The notes beneath the pieces were generated by a model. The model was not told where the DNA came from and searched no databases. It saw only the letters and a program-made list of their open reading frames with translations. A program made the position numbers and the translations under genes. Shown here in pieces: positions 16,582-25,304 of a DNA stretch of 36,880 nt. The stretch's first letter is position 1. Every line of letters starts with the position of its first letter. The DNA comes from a bacterium (GTDB lineage Bacteria; RBG-13-61-14; DATKZS01): positions 1-36,880 of the forward strand of contig JAWOBU010000003.1 in the NCBI GenBank assembly GCA_046484135.1. The letters run 5' to 3'.

Positions 16582-16941
16582 TCAGAGCTCCTTTAATAGG
16601 GCGGGCGCGTTTACGCGGAGTATGAACCTTCCCTTGCCCAGGTTTCCGTCCTTTTGCAGTATAAGTGCAATAAAGTACTCCGAGGTAAGGACCCGGATGA
16701 CGGAGAGGAAGTTATCGGTTTTAAGACACACCTCTTTTACGCTTCCCGCTTCCATGGCTTCGGTGTGCTTTGCGATCTCTGCCAGCAGGTTTGCGTACTC
16801 GATTCCGAGGGTTTCCAGGTCAATGTTTTTCTCGGGCTTTACATAGTGGGTGATGCTTATGCCGTCGCTGGCCATGATCACAGCCGCGATGCCGCCGTTT
16901 GTTTCCTCCACCGCTTTCTGAACGACTTCGTCGAATATCAT
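16582..16941 (-). CDS. Roadblock/LC7 (MglB-like) domain protein
   Basis: GGIAAVIMASDGISI...LQKDGNLGKGRF pattern; 119 aa; start overlaps the TPR gene stop (ATGA). Confidence 0.85.
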   Translation of the reverse strand: MIFDEVVQKAVEETNGGIAAVIMASDGISITHYVKPEKNIDLETLGIEYANLLAEIAKHTEAMEAGSVKEVCLKTDNFLSVIRVLTSEYFIALILQKDGNLGKGRFILRVNAPALLKEL

Positions 16942-18377
16942 GGCATTTTCTCCTTGTCCCTTCTGATCCTGGACAGATAAGCTTTCAGGGTTTCAACCTT
17001 TTGTCTGCTTTCCAGATCAGCCTCGCTCGGCTGTTCCTTCCCGGCCGGCGCTTCCTCTTCCGAAGGGGAAGAGTCGGTCTCCCGAGCTTCCTCCTCCTCC
17101 GGCCTCTCCTGCCGTTCTTTTCGCTTCCGGTCTTCCAAAACAATGACTTCGTCGAGGACAGCCTCGGGGGATCGGTCCATGGCGTGGCATGCTTTCAGGA
17201 ACTCTTCCCTGAGCTCCTGGTCGTAAGGAGCCTCCCACAAGTCCTGGGCGATTATTTTTAGAGCCTCCTGGTAATGTCCCTGTTTCCAGAACATCTTTCC
17301 GCCGTTGCTTTTTTCTATTTTAACCTGGAATCGGGGACTAGACAGCGGCTCAAAGGGAGAAGCGTCCTCGGCCACAGAGAGGTTTCCCGGTTTTGCGCCG
17401 TTGAAGAACATATCCAGCTTTTTTTCTTCCATGTCATGCTGAGGCTGGTCCGTGTCCACGGAACTTTCGGTTCGCACGTCTTCCTGTTCTTCCTGCTTTG
17501 GCTGTTCAGGTTTCGGCTCTTCTTCGCCGGGCCGGCTTTCCGGGGTGACCGGCTCCCGGGAACCGCTTTCATCTTCTTTGTCGGCAGAGGGCTCCGGCTT
17601 TTCTTCTTCCTCGTGGGGAGCGAACTCCGTGCCTCTTTCCGCTTCCTGAGGCGGCCCTTTAAACAACGGCATGGTTTCGCCTTTACCGGGCTCGGTTATT
17701 ACCACGTCTTCTACCCGGGGCGCTTTTTCTTCGGTCTCTGGCGGCTTCTCTTCATTTTTATCAGCCACCGGCTCGGGAATGAATTTCTCCTCTTCTTCAG
17801 GAAGGCCGGGGCTTTTTTCCTCCCTTGATACGGGAGTCAGCTCCTCGGTTTTTTCTTCGCCCGGTTCCTCGGCCCGGCCATGCACAGGAGTAGAGTCATG
17901 GGCCGGTTCGGGTGTTGACGGAGTTTCCTGCTCCGGCTCGGGAGGTGCGGTAGCTTCGAGCAGGTCCAGCCTTTGGCGCGCATTCTGATCGCGCGGGTCA
18001 AGTACGGTTACCGTGCTGTAGGCCTGCGTAGCCTGCCGGTGGTAACCGAGGTTGTCATAAATCTCTGCAATGGCTTTCTGGGCGTTCACGTTTTCCGGAT
18101 TCAACCTTGTTACCAGTTGGAACTGTTGCAGAGCCTCTTCGAGCTGGTCGTTTTCAAGATATGATTTTGCAAGCACCACCAATCCGCTTTCATAGCGTGA
18201 ATTTCTTTTTACGCCTTGTTCGGCGATCTTGATGGCTTCCTGTATTTGTCCCTGTTTCCTCAAAGCATCGGCGAGGGGGGCAAAGTACCTGGAGTCCGGG
18301 TTTTCTTCCAGGGCCTTCCTGTACCTCTCCAGTTTGGGGTCTTCTTCCTTGTTGTTGGATGGGCGAGCCAAGTTCAA
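16938..18377 (-). CDS. Tetratricopeptide-repeat protein with long acidic/proline-rich linker
   Basis: NPDSRYFAPLADALRKQG and about four TPRs in the first ~140 aa; E/P-rich middle; C-terminal helix KVETLKAYLSRI. Start TTG 18377 or 18371. Confidence 0.85.
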   Translation of the reverse strand: MNLARPSNNKEEDPKLERYRKALEENPDSRYFAPLADALRKQGQIQEAIKIAEQGVKRNSRYESGLVVLAKSYLENDQLEEALQQFQLVTRLNPENVNAQKAIAEIYDNLGYHRQATQAYSTVTVLDPRDQNARQRLDLLEATAPPEPEQETPSTPEPAHDSTPVHGRAEEPGEEKTEELTPVSREEKSPGLPEEEEKFIPEPVADKNEEKPPETEEKAPRVEDVVITEPGKGETMPLFKGPPQEAERGTEFAPHEEEEKPEPSADKEDESGSREPVTPESRPGEEEPKPEQPKQEEQEDVRTESSVDTDQPQHDMEEKKLDMFFNGAKPGNLSVAEDASPFEPLSSPRFQVKIEKSNGGKMFWKQGHYQEALKIIAQDLWEAPYDQELREEFLKACHAMDRSPEAVLDEVIVLEDRKRKERQERPEEEEARETDSSPSEEEAPAGKEQPSEADLESRQKVETLKAYLSRIRRDKEKMP

Positions 18378-18395
18378 TCTCCGTCTTCATAAGAC

Positions 18396-18425
18396 AGCTT
18401 ATCTTTTTTTGGGTGCTCTTGTCAA
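18396..18425 (-). promoter_or_regulatory. sigma70-like promoter for TPR-roadblock-aroQ
   Basis: TTGACA (18425-18420), 18-nt spacer, TAAGCT (18401-18396). Confidence 0.45.
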
Positions 18426-18467
18426 AGCCGATTTATAATCCGGGCCGATATTTTTTCTTTATTTCTC

Positions 18468-18501
18468 AAAAACGGGCAGAGCCCCTTTTCAGGCCCTGCC
18501 C
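18468..18501 (-). terminator. Intrinsic terminator closing the pil operon and its accessory lipoprotein genes
   Basis: Minus strand GGGCAGGGCC-TGAAAAGG-GGCTCTGCCC (one G-U pair) followed by GTTTTT. Confidence 0.75.
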
Positions 18502-18530
18502 ATCTTCAGAGTCTCCGGGTTTTTAATGAA

Positions 18531-19245
18531 TCACTGGGGCTCACTCAAATCACAGTCATCAGTACAATCGGGGTCTGCCATATCAATATTGCCGTCGCCG
18601 TCGTTGTCTATCAAATCGTTGCATTCCGGCACCGGCCTTTTGGGATCTTCTTCCGTAGGCCACTCCGGCACATACCTTTCGGAGGTGGTTCCGGAGATGC
18701 AATCCAATAGACATCCCGGGTCCTCCGCGTCTATAAAATTACCGTTATCATCTTCACCGTTTGAGCATGCGTCTTTTTCAGAGACGGATTCGGGATCATA
18801 ACAGGACAGGTCCGGACCGACGCTGCAATTGGCATCGCCTTCACGGACTTCGACGTTCCATTTTTCACCGAGTACGAGGTTAAAAGCGCCGTCTTTGTCC
18901 ATAAAGTATGCCACCAGCCTATAAATCCCTATAGTGTCGGGTTCCCCTCTGGTAACAGGTGCAGGCCCTCCATCATCCAGTCCGTTCTGTGTAGTCCACG
19001 ATACCTGGGGTCCGCCTATGAGGATTATCCACCGCAAGATGGGGAGGATAACCTTACCGGTCAATCAGTAAATTATTATCATTATCTTTCTGATCGGTAC
19101 ATGCGTCCGCCGAAGAGGTTTCCGCCCCTCCCAGAGTCGAACTGCTTGAATAGTCCTGTCCTTCGCACCCGATGACAAAAGACACCAGAAGGGCAGCCGC
19201 GCCGATGATCATCGTGAGTGCCGTAACCTTCTTCGTGGTCTTCAT
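18531..19245 (-). pseudogene. Cys/Asp-repeat lipoprotein split into two frames (19054-19245 and 18531-19064); frameshift, internal deletion or assembly error
   Basis: Upstream ORF has RBS, lipobox VIGC and a truncated repeat CTDQKDNDNNLLID then TAA. Downstream ORF (TTG start, no RBS, 11-nt overlap) carries two complete copies: CSNGEDDNGNFIDAEDPGC and CNDLIDNDGDGNIDMADPDC. Confidence 0.6.
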
Positions 19246-19271
19246 GAATTTCCTTTTGCCAAGGTCGTTAT

Positions 19272-19826
19272 TTAAAAATCTCCAAACAAGGTATAATCGG
19301 AGCCTTTAACCTCTACTTCCTGCCCGAACTGGTTTTCCCCGTAGAAGGTAAAACTGAACTCGTATATTATTTGGTCCGATGAGCCGGCAGGAAACCCGGA
19401 ATCATCTACAAACTTTTGTTTATATTCGCCTGGCATAGCCAAGTAACCCGACAGCGATAAATTGTCCCCCGGCGGGACATATGCCTGGATAGGCACCTCA
19501 ATGGGATTGAAGGCCACGGAATAATCCGGATCATCGCTTGCGTAATCCACTTCGTATTCAGTGAAGTGTATCCCGGTCATGGTAGAAGTGTCCTGCTCCG
19601 GCGCCACCTGGTCCACCGAGATTTCCACACTGTAATGTACGCTGGTAGTTAATACAGAGGAACCATCGTACAGGTCCACTTCCGGATCAACGACCAGCGA
19701 ATCTAAGCTCAACGCGGAGTTGACATTCTCCACGTTCGACATTCCCGGCCCTTCTTGGGCGCAGCTTGCCATGCCGATTGCCACTATTGCCGCTATGAGA
19801 AATGCTAAAAGCTTCTTTCCGTTCAT
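19272..19826 (-). CDS. Uncharacterised acidic beta-rich lipoprotein directly downstream of pilQ
   Basis: AGGAGG RBS; signal MNGKKLLAFLIAAIVAIGMASC; alternating beta-strand pattern ending FTFYGENQFGQEVEVKGSDYTLFGDF. Confidence 0.8.
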   Translation of the reverse strand: MNGKKLLAFLIAAIVAIGMASCAQEGPGMSNVENVNSALSLDSLVVDPEVDLYDGSSVLTTSVHYSVEISVDQVAPEQDTSTMTGIHFTEYEVDYASDDPDYSVAFNPIEVPIQAYVPPGDNLSLSGYLAMPGEYKQKFVDDSGFPAGSSDQIIYEFSFTFYGENQFGQEVEVKGSDYTLFGDF

Positions 19827-19875
19827 CTTCTTCCCCTCCTGATTCCGGTGCTGGAAAACCCACCATTAAATAATG

Positions 19876-22800
19876 TCATCCGCCCACTTTTATGGGCGCC
19901 TGCAAATTTTCCTTATTTTCAGGGGCCTTGCCAGATTTTACGATCTGTGGGGTAAGGAAAATCAACAATTCCTCTTTTCTCGACTCTGTTATTTCGTTCT
20001 TGAACAGTTTTCCTATGTAAGGAAGGTTCCCTAAAAACGGCACCTGGGTAGTTGGATTTCTTTCGGTTATTTTGAAGATGCCTCCTATCACCGCGGTTTC
20101 TCCGTCCATCAGTAATATGGTGGTCTGGGCTTCCTTGGTGCTGACCCCTGGCCGTTCAGAGCCTGCCACCGTTACAGGCTCGTTATTCTGGGCCTGAATA
20201 TCCAGGGTTATGCTGCCGTCCTCGGCCACGTGGGGTGTAACATCGAGTTTGAGAGTGGCTTCCACAAACTGCCATCCCATGCCTCCAGCCCCCTGTGTCG
20301 AAGGCGGCGGAAAGGGAATACTGATGCCCTGTTGAATACTGGCTTTTTCGTCGGTAAGAGTAAGTATTCGAGGGCTGGAGATTATTTTGATCTTCTCCTG
20401 AGCTTCCAGTGCCCGGAGTGTTACGTCCAGGTCAACTGCATTGGTCAGATGGCCGACGGAAAGCCCCAAGGCACCACCGCCGGAGCTGGAGGCTGCTGCA
20501 GTGGTTCCGGCGTTTTCCGATCCTCCCAGCACCGCTCCCCCAAACTGAATGGTGTTCGGGAACTGCATGCCTGTCGGAGTCCCGGTTTGGGGCCCCAGGT
20601 TAAGCTCGGACCCCCACCGCACGCCGATTTCCCTGGTAACGGCCGTGGTGGCTTCAACCATTCTCACCTCGATGAGTACCTGCTTGGTTGGCCTGTCCAA
20701 CCTGTTAACCAGTTCGCTTACCTGCTGAAGAACCTGCGGCCGATCCATCACCACCAGTGAATTGGTTCTTCTGTCGGCTTGTACCTTCCCCCTCCCAGGG
20801 GTTAAGAGCTGTTGCACAACCTGGTTCATGCGATTTGCTTCGAGATAGTTGATTGGTATTATCTTAATTTCCAAGGGCTCATACTTTCGCTCTTCTCCCA
20901 TTTGCTGGAACTCTTCCTGTTGTTCTTTCCGGAATTCACCTTTTGGTGCCACCCGGAGGATGTTGCCCTTCTTCCTTTTCTCCAGGCCATAGGTCTCGAG
21001 AATTATGTCGAGAGCCTGATCCCAAGGGACATTATCCAGCTTAATGGTTACCGTAGCTTTTACGTTTTCATCAATCACGAAATTCATTCCCGAGCTTTCT
21101 GCAAGTACGGCCAGCACCTCTCTTATGCTCACCCCTTTGAAATTCAGGCTTACATTTCCGCCACCATATTGCTCGGCCTCGCCGGGGCCGTATCCTGCCT
21201 GGTCTTCTCCGGTGAACTCCTCTCCCTGGGGACCGAACCTTCCCTTGGTAGGCTCTCCACCGATGCCAAGACTACCGGGGGTGTTTTCGAACTTGAGAAC
21301 AAGGTTGTGCCCTTGCTGGTCCCACTTGCTCGCCGCCCAGGAGTTCAGATTTATGACGATTGCCACCTCGTTCGCGCTCTTCTCGCCGGGCCTCTGGTAA
21401 GCGGAGAACATCTCGACGGGGCTGGAAAACTCGCTGGTGTCGAATGTTTTCTGTTGGTCCTCGGCAAGCTGAGCGTCATAGATGAAGATGGTCACCACCT
21501 TCTCGTCCACGTTCTCGTCCACATTGTTGTGCAGCTCCCATTGTTCCCTTCGGAGAGGCCGGTCCGCGTGAATGGAAATGGTGGAGGCCTGCTCGGAATA
21601 TTTGAACTCGACCTTGTCAATATAGGCTATACCGGGTTTACCCGGCCCCTCCACGATAGGAGGTTGAGGTTTGTCTCCCCAATCAAAGCTTTCCGAGGGT
21701 TTGGGGACCTTTTCCCGGTCAACATCTTCAGCCGGTTCTTCGGCGGGTTCCTCCGCCGGTTTTTCTTCTTCCGGAACAGGAGCCGGCTCGGTCCACTGCT
21801 CGCCCTTATCTCCGCCTTCCAAGCCGCCCCACTCGTCCTCCTGGGCCACCTGCATAACGGACCAGCCGTCTTCAGATTCGGGCTTTTCCATCTGCTTCCG
21901 GGCAGACGCGCCGGATTCTCCCTCCGAGCTTTCTTTTCCTTTGTTCTCTTCCTTAGAAACGGCATCGGCTTGTTTCTCCTGCCCTCCGGCAGGGACGGCT
22001 CCCGAGGTCTCGGTATCGGCAATCATGGGCATTTCCGTGGTCGCAGACACATCCACCGTTTTGCTGAAGGTAACAATCAGACTTTTATTTCCTTTGTCGA
22101 AGCGAAAGTTAGGCATTGAGTCGGCAGCATCGAACACCAGCCTCAGTTTGTCGGGATGCTGTCCCACCCGGACTCTATGTATTCCTTGTTCATTTACAGT
22201 TTTCTTGGCGATCTCGGTTTTGTTCTCCATACCCCACAGATCAACCACCAATCGAGGCGGATCCTGCAGGGAGAATGCACTATAATCCGCGAGGGAGCCG
22301 TCCATATTCAGCTCCACCCTTGCCAGGTCTCCCTGGTCGTTGATATTTATCCCGTTCAGCTTTTTAGCGGGCCCCCCCTCATATACCGCTTCTTCAGAAG
22401 CCGCTCTGTCTTTGTCTTTTGCTGTCGCAGTGTTTTCGTCTTCTACGGTTTGGGGACCGCTCCAGACCCATTCATCTTCAGAAGCACCCGACTTGTTGTT
22501 TTCCGAGGCTTTCGAGGATTCATGAATGCTAAGCGAGCCTCCGTCCTCCACCAATAGCACTCCCGAGGATTCTTCCCCCTTCGCGGGTAAGGCGGAAGAG
22601 TCCTTTGAAAGGCTGACGATCAAGGACTCGTTTTCGTCCTTTTGGGCTTTATACTCAGCGGATTCTTTCAGGCTCATTATGACCCGAAGATTTTCTCCGG
22701 AGTCCTCTGCCGAGTCATCCTTCTTGTCTACCTTGATGTCCTTTACCAGCCCTTGCGCAGCCTGGGCAACATTCGGGAGATCGCCTTTCTTCAAGCCGGT

Positions 22801-23067
22801 GATGTCAACCACCACGCGCGGAGGGTCCTCCCACTTGTAAATAGTATAATGGTACTTGGCCTCCGGAGACACCTTTAAAATAACCTTGTCTTCTTTGTCC
22901 CCGGCCTCCACCCGGACAGATTCGAGGCTTCCCTGATCTTCCGAAACCTTTGTCAATTGCGCGTCCTTTTGAGCTGCACAGCCGGCACAAAGTGCTATCG
23001 CAGCTATCCAGAACAGCGTAATAACAAGAACCGTTCCGCTTCCGCATTTCAATTTTCGCTTCGACAT
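19876..23067 (-). CDS. pilQ: Type IV pilus secretin PilQ with multiple AMIN domains
   Basis: Lipobox CAGC; AMIN motifs DPPRVVVDI and DPPRLVVDL plus a third divergent copy; VSLNFK, NVPWDQALDIIL, DRRTNSL, QVLIEVRMVEA, VPFLGNLPYIGKLFK, ELLIFLTPQIV. Confidence 0.95.
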   Translation of the reverse strand: MSKRKLKCGSGTVLVITLFWIAAIALCAGCAAQKDAQLTKVSEDQGSLESVRVEAGDKEDKVILKVSPEAKYHYTIYKWEDPPRVVVDITGLKKGDLPNVAQAAQGLVKDIKVDKKDDSAEDSGENLRVIMSLKESAEYKAQKDENESLIVSLSKDSSALPAKGEESSGVLLVEDGGSLSIHESSKASENNKSGASEDEWVWSGPQTVEDENTATAKDKDRAASEEAVYEGGPAKKLNGININDQGDLARVELNMDGSLADYSAFSLQDPPRLVVDLWGMENKTEIAKKTVNEQGIHRVRVGQHPDKLRLVFDAADSMPNFRFDKGNKSLIVTFSKTVDVSATTEMPMIADTETSGAVPAGGQEKQADAVSKEENKGKESSEGESGASARKQMEKPESEDGWSVMQVAQEDEWGGLEGGDKGEQWTEPAPVPEEEKPAEEPAEEPAEDVDREKVPKPSESFDWGDKPQPPIVEGPGKPGIAYIDKVEFKYSEQASTISIHADRPLRREQWELHNNVDENVDEKVVTIFIYDAQLAEDQQKTFDTSEFSSPVEMFSAYQRPGEKSANEVAIVINLNSWAASKWDQQGHNLVLKFENTPGSLGIGGEPTKGRFGPQGEEFTGEDQAGYGPGEAEQYGGGNVSLNFKGVSIREVLAVLAESSGMNFVIDENVKATVTIKLDNVPWDQALDIILETYGLEKRKKGNILRVAPKGEFRKEQQEEFQQMGEERKYEPLEIKIIPINYLEANRMNQVVQQLLTPGRGKVQADRRTNSLVVMDRPQVLQQVSELVNRLDRPTKQVLIEVRMVEATTAVTREIGVRWGSELNLGPQTGTPTGMQFPNTIQFGGAVLGGSENAGTTAAASSSGGGALGLSVGHLTNAVDLDVTLRALEAQEKIKIISSPRILTLTDEKASIQQGISIPFPPPSTQGAGGMGWQFVEATLKLDVTPHVAEDGSITLDIQAQNNEPVTVAGSERPGVSTKEAQTTILLMDGETAVIGGIFKITERNPTTQVPFLGNLPYIGKLFKNEITESRKEELLIFLTPQIVKSGKAPENKENLQAPIKVGG

Positions 23068-23187
23068 CTTCGCTCTCCTCCCTTATTACAATGCAGCCTC
23101 AAATAGGTCTCTTTCTCTTCATGTCAGCCGTAACCAGCGCCGCCTCTTCTCGTTTTGCCGGAAAGTTGCATTTGCCCAGAGCGGTAC

Positions 23188-23778
23188 TTATTCTTCCACC
23201 TCCACCATGGGCATTCTTTTTTTGATCACAAAGGTGGTGTCCTCTCTCGGCTTTATATATGTCTCCTCTACAATAATGTAGTCTTTCCCTATTTCCGTAA
23301 CCACTCCCCCCATTTTGCCTAAGGGATCATTTACCCTTACCACCCTTCCTTCTCCGTTGGGAAGCCGGATGTAAGCTGCATCGTATCCTGCACCTTGCAC
23401 GATTCCTATCAACAAAAGCTGCTCCAAGTCAAACTGCTGGCCCACCGTACTGCCCGCCGGTATCTCGGGGGCAGGGGGAACCTCAAAAGGATCATTCTTG
23501 TTTTCGGGAACGTACTCCCACTTCCGGGGTTTCTCCTCTTTCCCTTTATCCCCCGTTTGTTTATCCTTCTGGTTGGTTTTTTCATCCTGCCGGGAATCCC
23601 CGCTGGAACCTTCGGGAACGGTCTTGGCAGTCTCGGGGGCAGCCTCTTGGGCGACCTCGTCCGCTTCGGCTTCCCCTTGGCCAAACATGCCGCTGATGGA
23701 ATCACATCCCATAAGATGCGAAAAAACCAAGGATAAAATAATTATTCCAGCAATACGGATCAGCTTTCCGATCTTCAT
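23188..23778 (-). CDS. pilP: Type IV pilus assembly lipoprotein PilP
   Basis: Lipobox LMGC; Y....KNDPF, FDLEQLLLIGIV, G.VVRVNDPLGKMGGVV.EI; lies between pilO and pilQ. Confidence 0.9.
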   Translation of the reverse strand: MKIGKLIRIAGIIILSLVFSHLMGCDSISGMFGQGEAEADEVAQEAAPETAKTVPEGSSGDSRQDEKTNQKDKQTGDKGKEEKPRKWEYVPENKNDPFEVPPAPEIPAGSTVGQQFDLEQLLLIGIVQGAGYDAAYIRLPNGEGRVVRVNDPLGKMGGVVTEIGKDYIIVEETYIKPREDTTFVIKKRMPMVEVEE

Positions 23779-23795
23779 TTTCTATCCCCTTCTTT

Positions 23796-24356
23796 TTAAA
23801 AAGAGATATAAGTAGTGGCGTTGCAATTCACCGAGATGCGAGCGCCGCCTTTACCGTGGGGTCTCATACTGATATCACTTATCTCGACGATCCTTTTCAT
23901 GTTCACGACCTCGTAATAGAACCTCATCACGTAACGGAAATTGCCGGTAAATTCCAGTTTGATGGGCACTTGCCGGTATAGATTGCCCACCGCCGAAGGA
24001 TTATGAGGAGTTATCCGGCTGAACTCGATGCCGTTCTTCTTCCCCAGGTTATCCAGCTTGAGGATGATCTGGTCTATTTCCGGGTCTATGGGAAGGGCTT
24101 CCCTCTTTTCCCTAAACCGATCCTCCAGCTCTTCAATCCCCTTTTTCATATTTTGAAGATCAGCCTTTCTCTGTTTGAGCTCTTTGAGATTGTCGCTCTC
24201 TTTCTCTTTCTCTCGCTGGACCTTCGCCATCTCCTCCACCACGGGAAGGTACATGAAGTAGTACCACACCCCCCCTAAGAGGGCTATAATGCCTATTAAT
24301 ATCACCAGCTTCTGGGCCCAGGGCATCTTCTCAACAAATGTCAGATTCAGTGCCAT
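23796..24356 (-). CDS. pilO: Type IV pilus assembly protein PilO
   Basis: TM, coiled coil, ALP...EI, YRQVPIKLEFTGNF, MKRIVEISDI. Confidence 0.92.
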   Translation of the reverse strand: MALNLTFVEKMPWAQKLVILIGIIALLGGVWYYFMYLPVVEEMAKVQREKEKESDNLKELKQRKADLQNMKKGIEELEDRFREKREALPIDPEIDQIILKLDNLGKKNGIEFSRITPHNPSAVGNLYRQVPIKLEFTGNFRYVMRFYYEVVNMKRIVEISDISMRPHGKGGARISVNCNATTYISF

Positions 24357-24401
24357 CCGCTTCCTCCGGAAATATCAATGGAACTCAAGTTTATCATTTG
24401 A

Positions 24402-25304
24402 TTACTTTGCCGCCTTCATCTTCAGGCTGAACTGATAGTTCCTGGATGTCGCTCCTTTTCGGCCTTTGTCGGCCCTGATGTAGTCCAGCTTAATACTGTC
24501 ATAAACAATGTATTCTTTTTCGTGAAGCTTTTTGTACTCTGCTTCCAGCTTCCTTAACTTCTCCAGCTTTTCCTCGCAAGACTTAATGCACTCCTCCTTG
24601 TTCCGTTCACACCTGCTGACATTTTCCGCTTGGGAGCAGTTGATTGCTTTGCACTCGGACTTGCAATTGGGCTGATTTTTGCGCCACTCTTTCATCTCGT
24701 TCAGTTCCTCTTCTTTATGGTCATAGAACACCTTGCACTCGGAATGTTGCCACGGAGAGTTGGAACTGGAATTCCGCTCCCTTTCCGGCTTTAAACAAGC
24801 CTGGTTCCTCTCGATGCACACGGGGTGCTTGACGTCTTTCTCGTCATCGCAGGGAATAATAGCCAGGTTGCCCATGAACACGGCCACAGCGTCCTTGTCG
24901 TAGGAGGTTCCTTTAACTTTTACATCTCCTCCTCTTTCTCCGTTGTATTCAATACTGTTTAGCCATACCTGGTTGGGAGGAACACTCTCCGACACTTTAT
25001 TCAGCACTTTAATAAAGAACTCCCTTCCTTCCTGGAGCTCGTTTATGGACTTCATCTTTTTCTCAAGCTTTGCTTCCGTCTTCTCCAGCTTTTTTATGTT
25101 CTCCTCTACGTCCTTATACTCCTTCTGTTTCGCTTTCAGGTCTTCCACCTGGCCCCTCAAGGTCTGGACCTGCTGCTGCTTGTTCATGTACAAAAGCACC
25201 AGCAAAGTACACACGGCCAGTATGATGAAAAACCCTACCAGAAGCTGGTTCAAGACCTTCGGTATAGGAGGCCCTTTTTCTGAAAGTAGATTGATTTTTA
25301 TCAT
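24402..25304 (-). CDS. pilN: Type IV pilus assembly protein PilN with cysteine-rich insertion
   Basis: MIKINLL PilM-binding motif, TM, coiled coil, VPPNQVWLNSI, VKGTS...AVAVFMGNL; 300 aa owing to the insertion. Confidence 0.9.
   Translation of the reverse strand: MIKINLLSEKGPPIPKVLNQLLVGFFIILAVCTLLVLLYMNKQQQVQTLRGQVEDLKAKQKEYKDVEENIKKLEKTEAKLEKKMKSINELQEGREFFIKVLNKVSESVPPNQVWLNSIEYNGERGGDVKVKGTSYDKDAVAVFMGNLAIIPCDDEKDVKHPVCIERNQACLKPERERNSSSNSPWQHSECKVFYDHKEEELNEMKEWRKNQPNCKSECKAINCSQAENVSRCERNKEECIKSCEEKLEKLRKLEAEYKKLHEKEYIVYDSIKLDYIRADKGRKGATSRNYQFSLKMKAAK

Noticed and set aside
23110..23180. Possible c-di-GMP/cGAMP (GEMM-I) riboswitch between pilP and pilQ (minus strand GGGCAAA...GCAAAAC...GGCGGC..GGTTAC)
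   Set aside because: Motif fragments are in the right order, but the spacings are far too short and there is no P2 stem with a GNRA loop. An Infernal search would settle it.
24507..24863. PilN insertion as a c-type cytochrome or canonical Fe-S module
   Set aside because: No CxxCH or CxxCxxC spacing; its periplasmic location favours disulfides.
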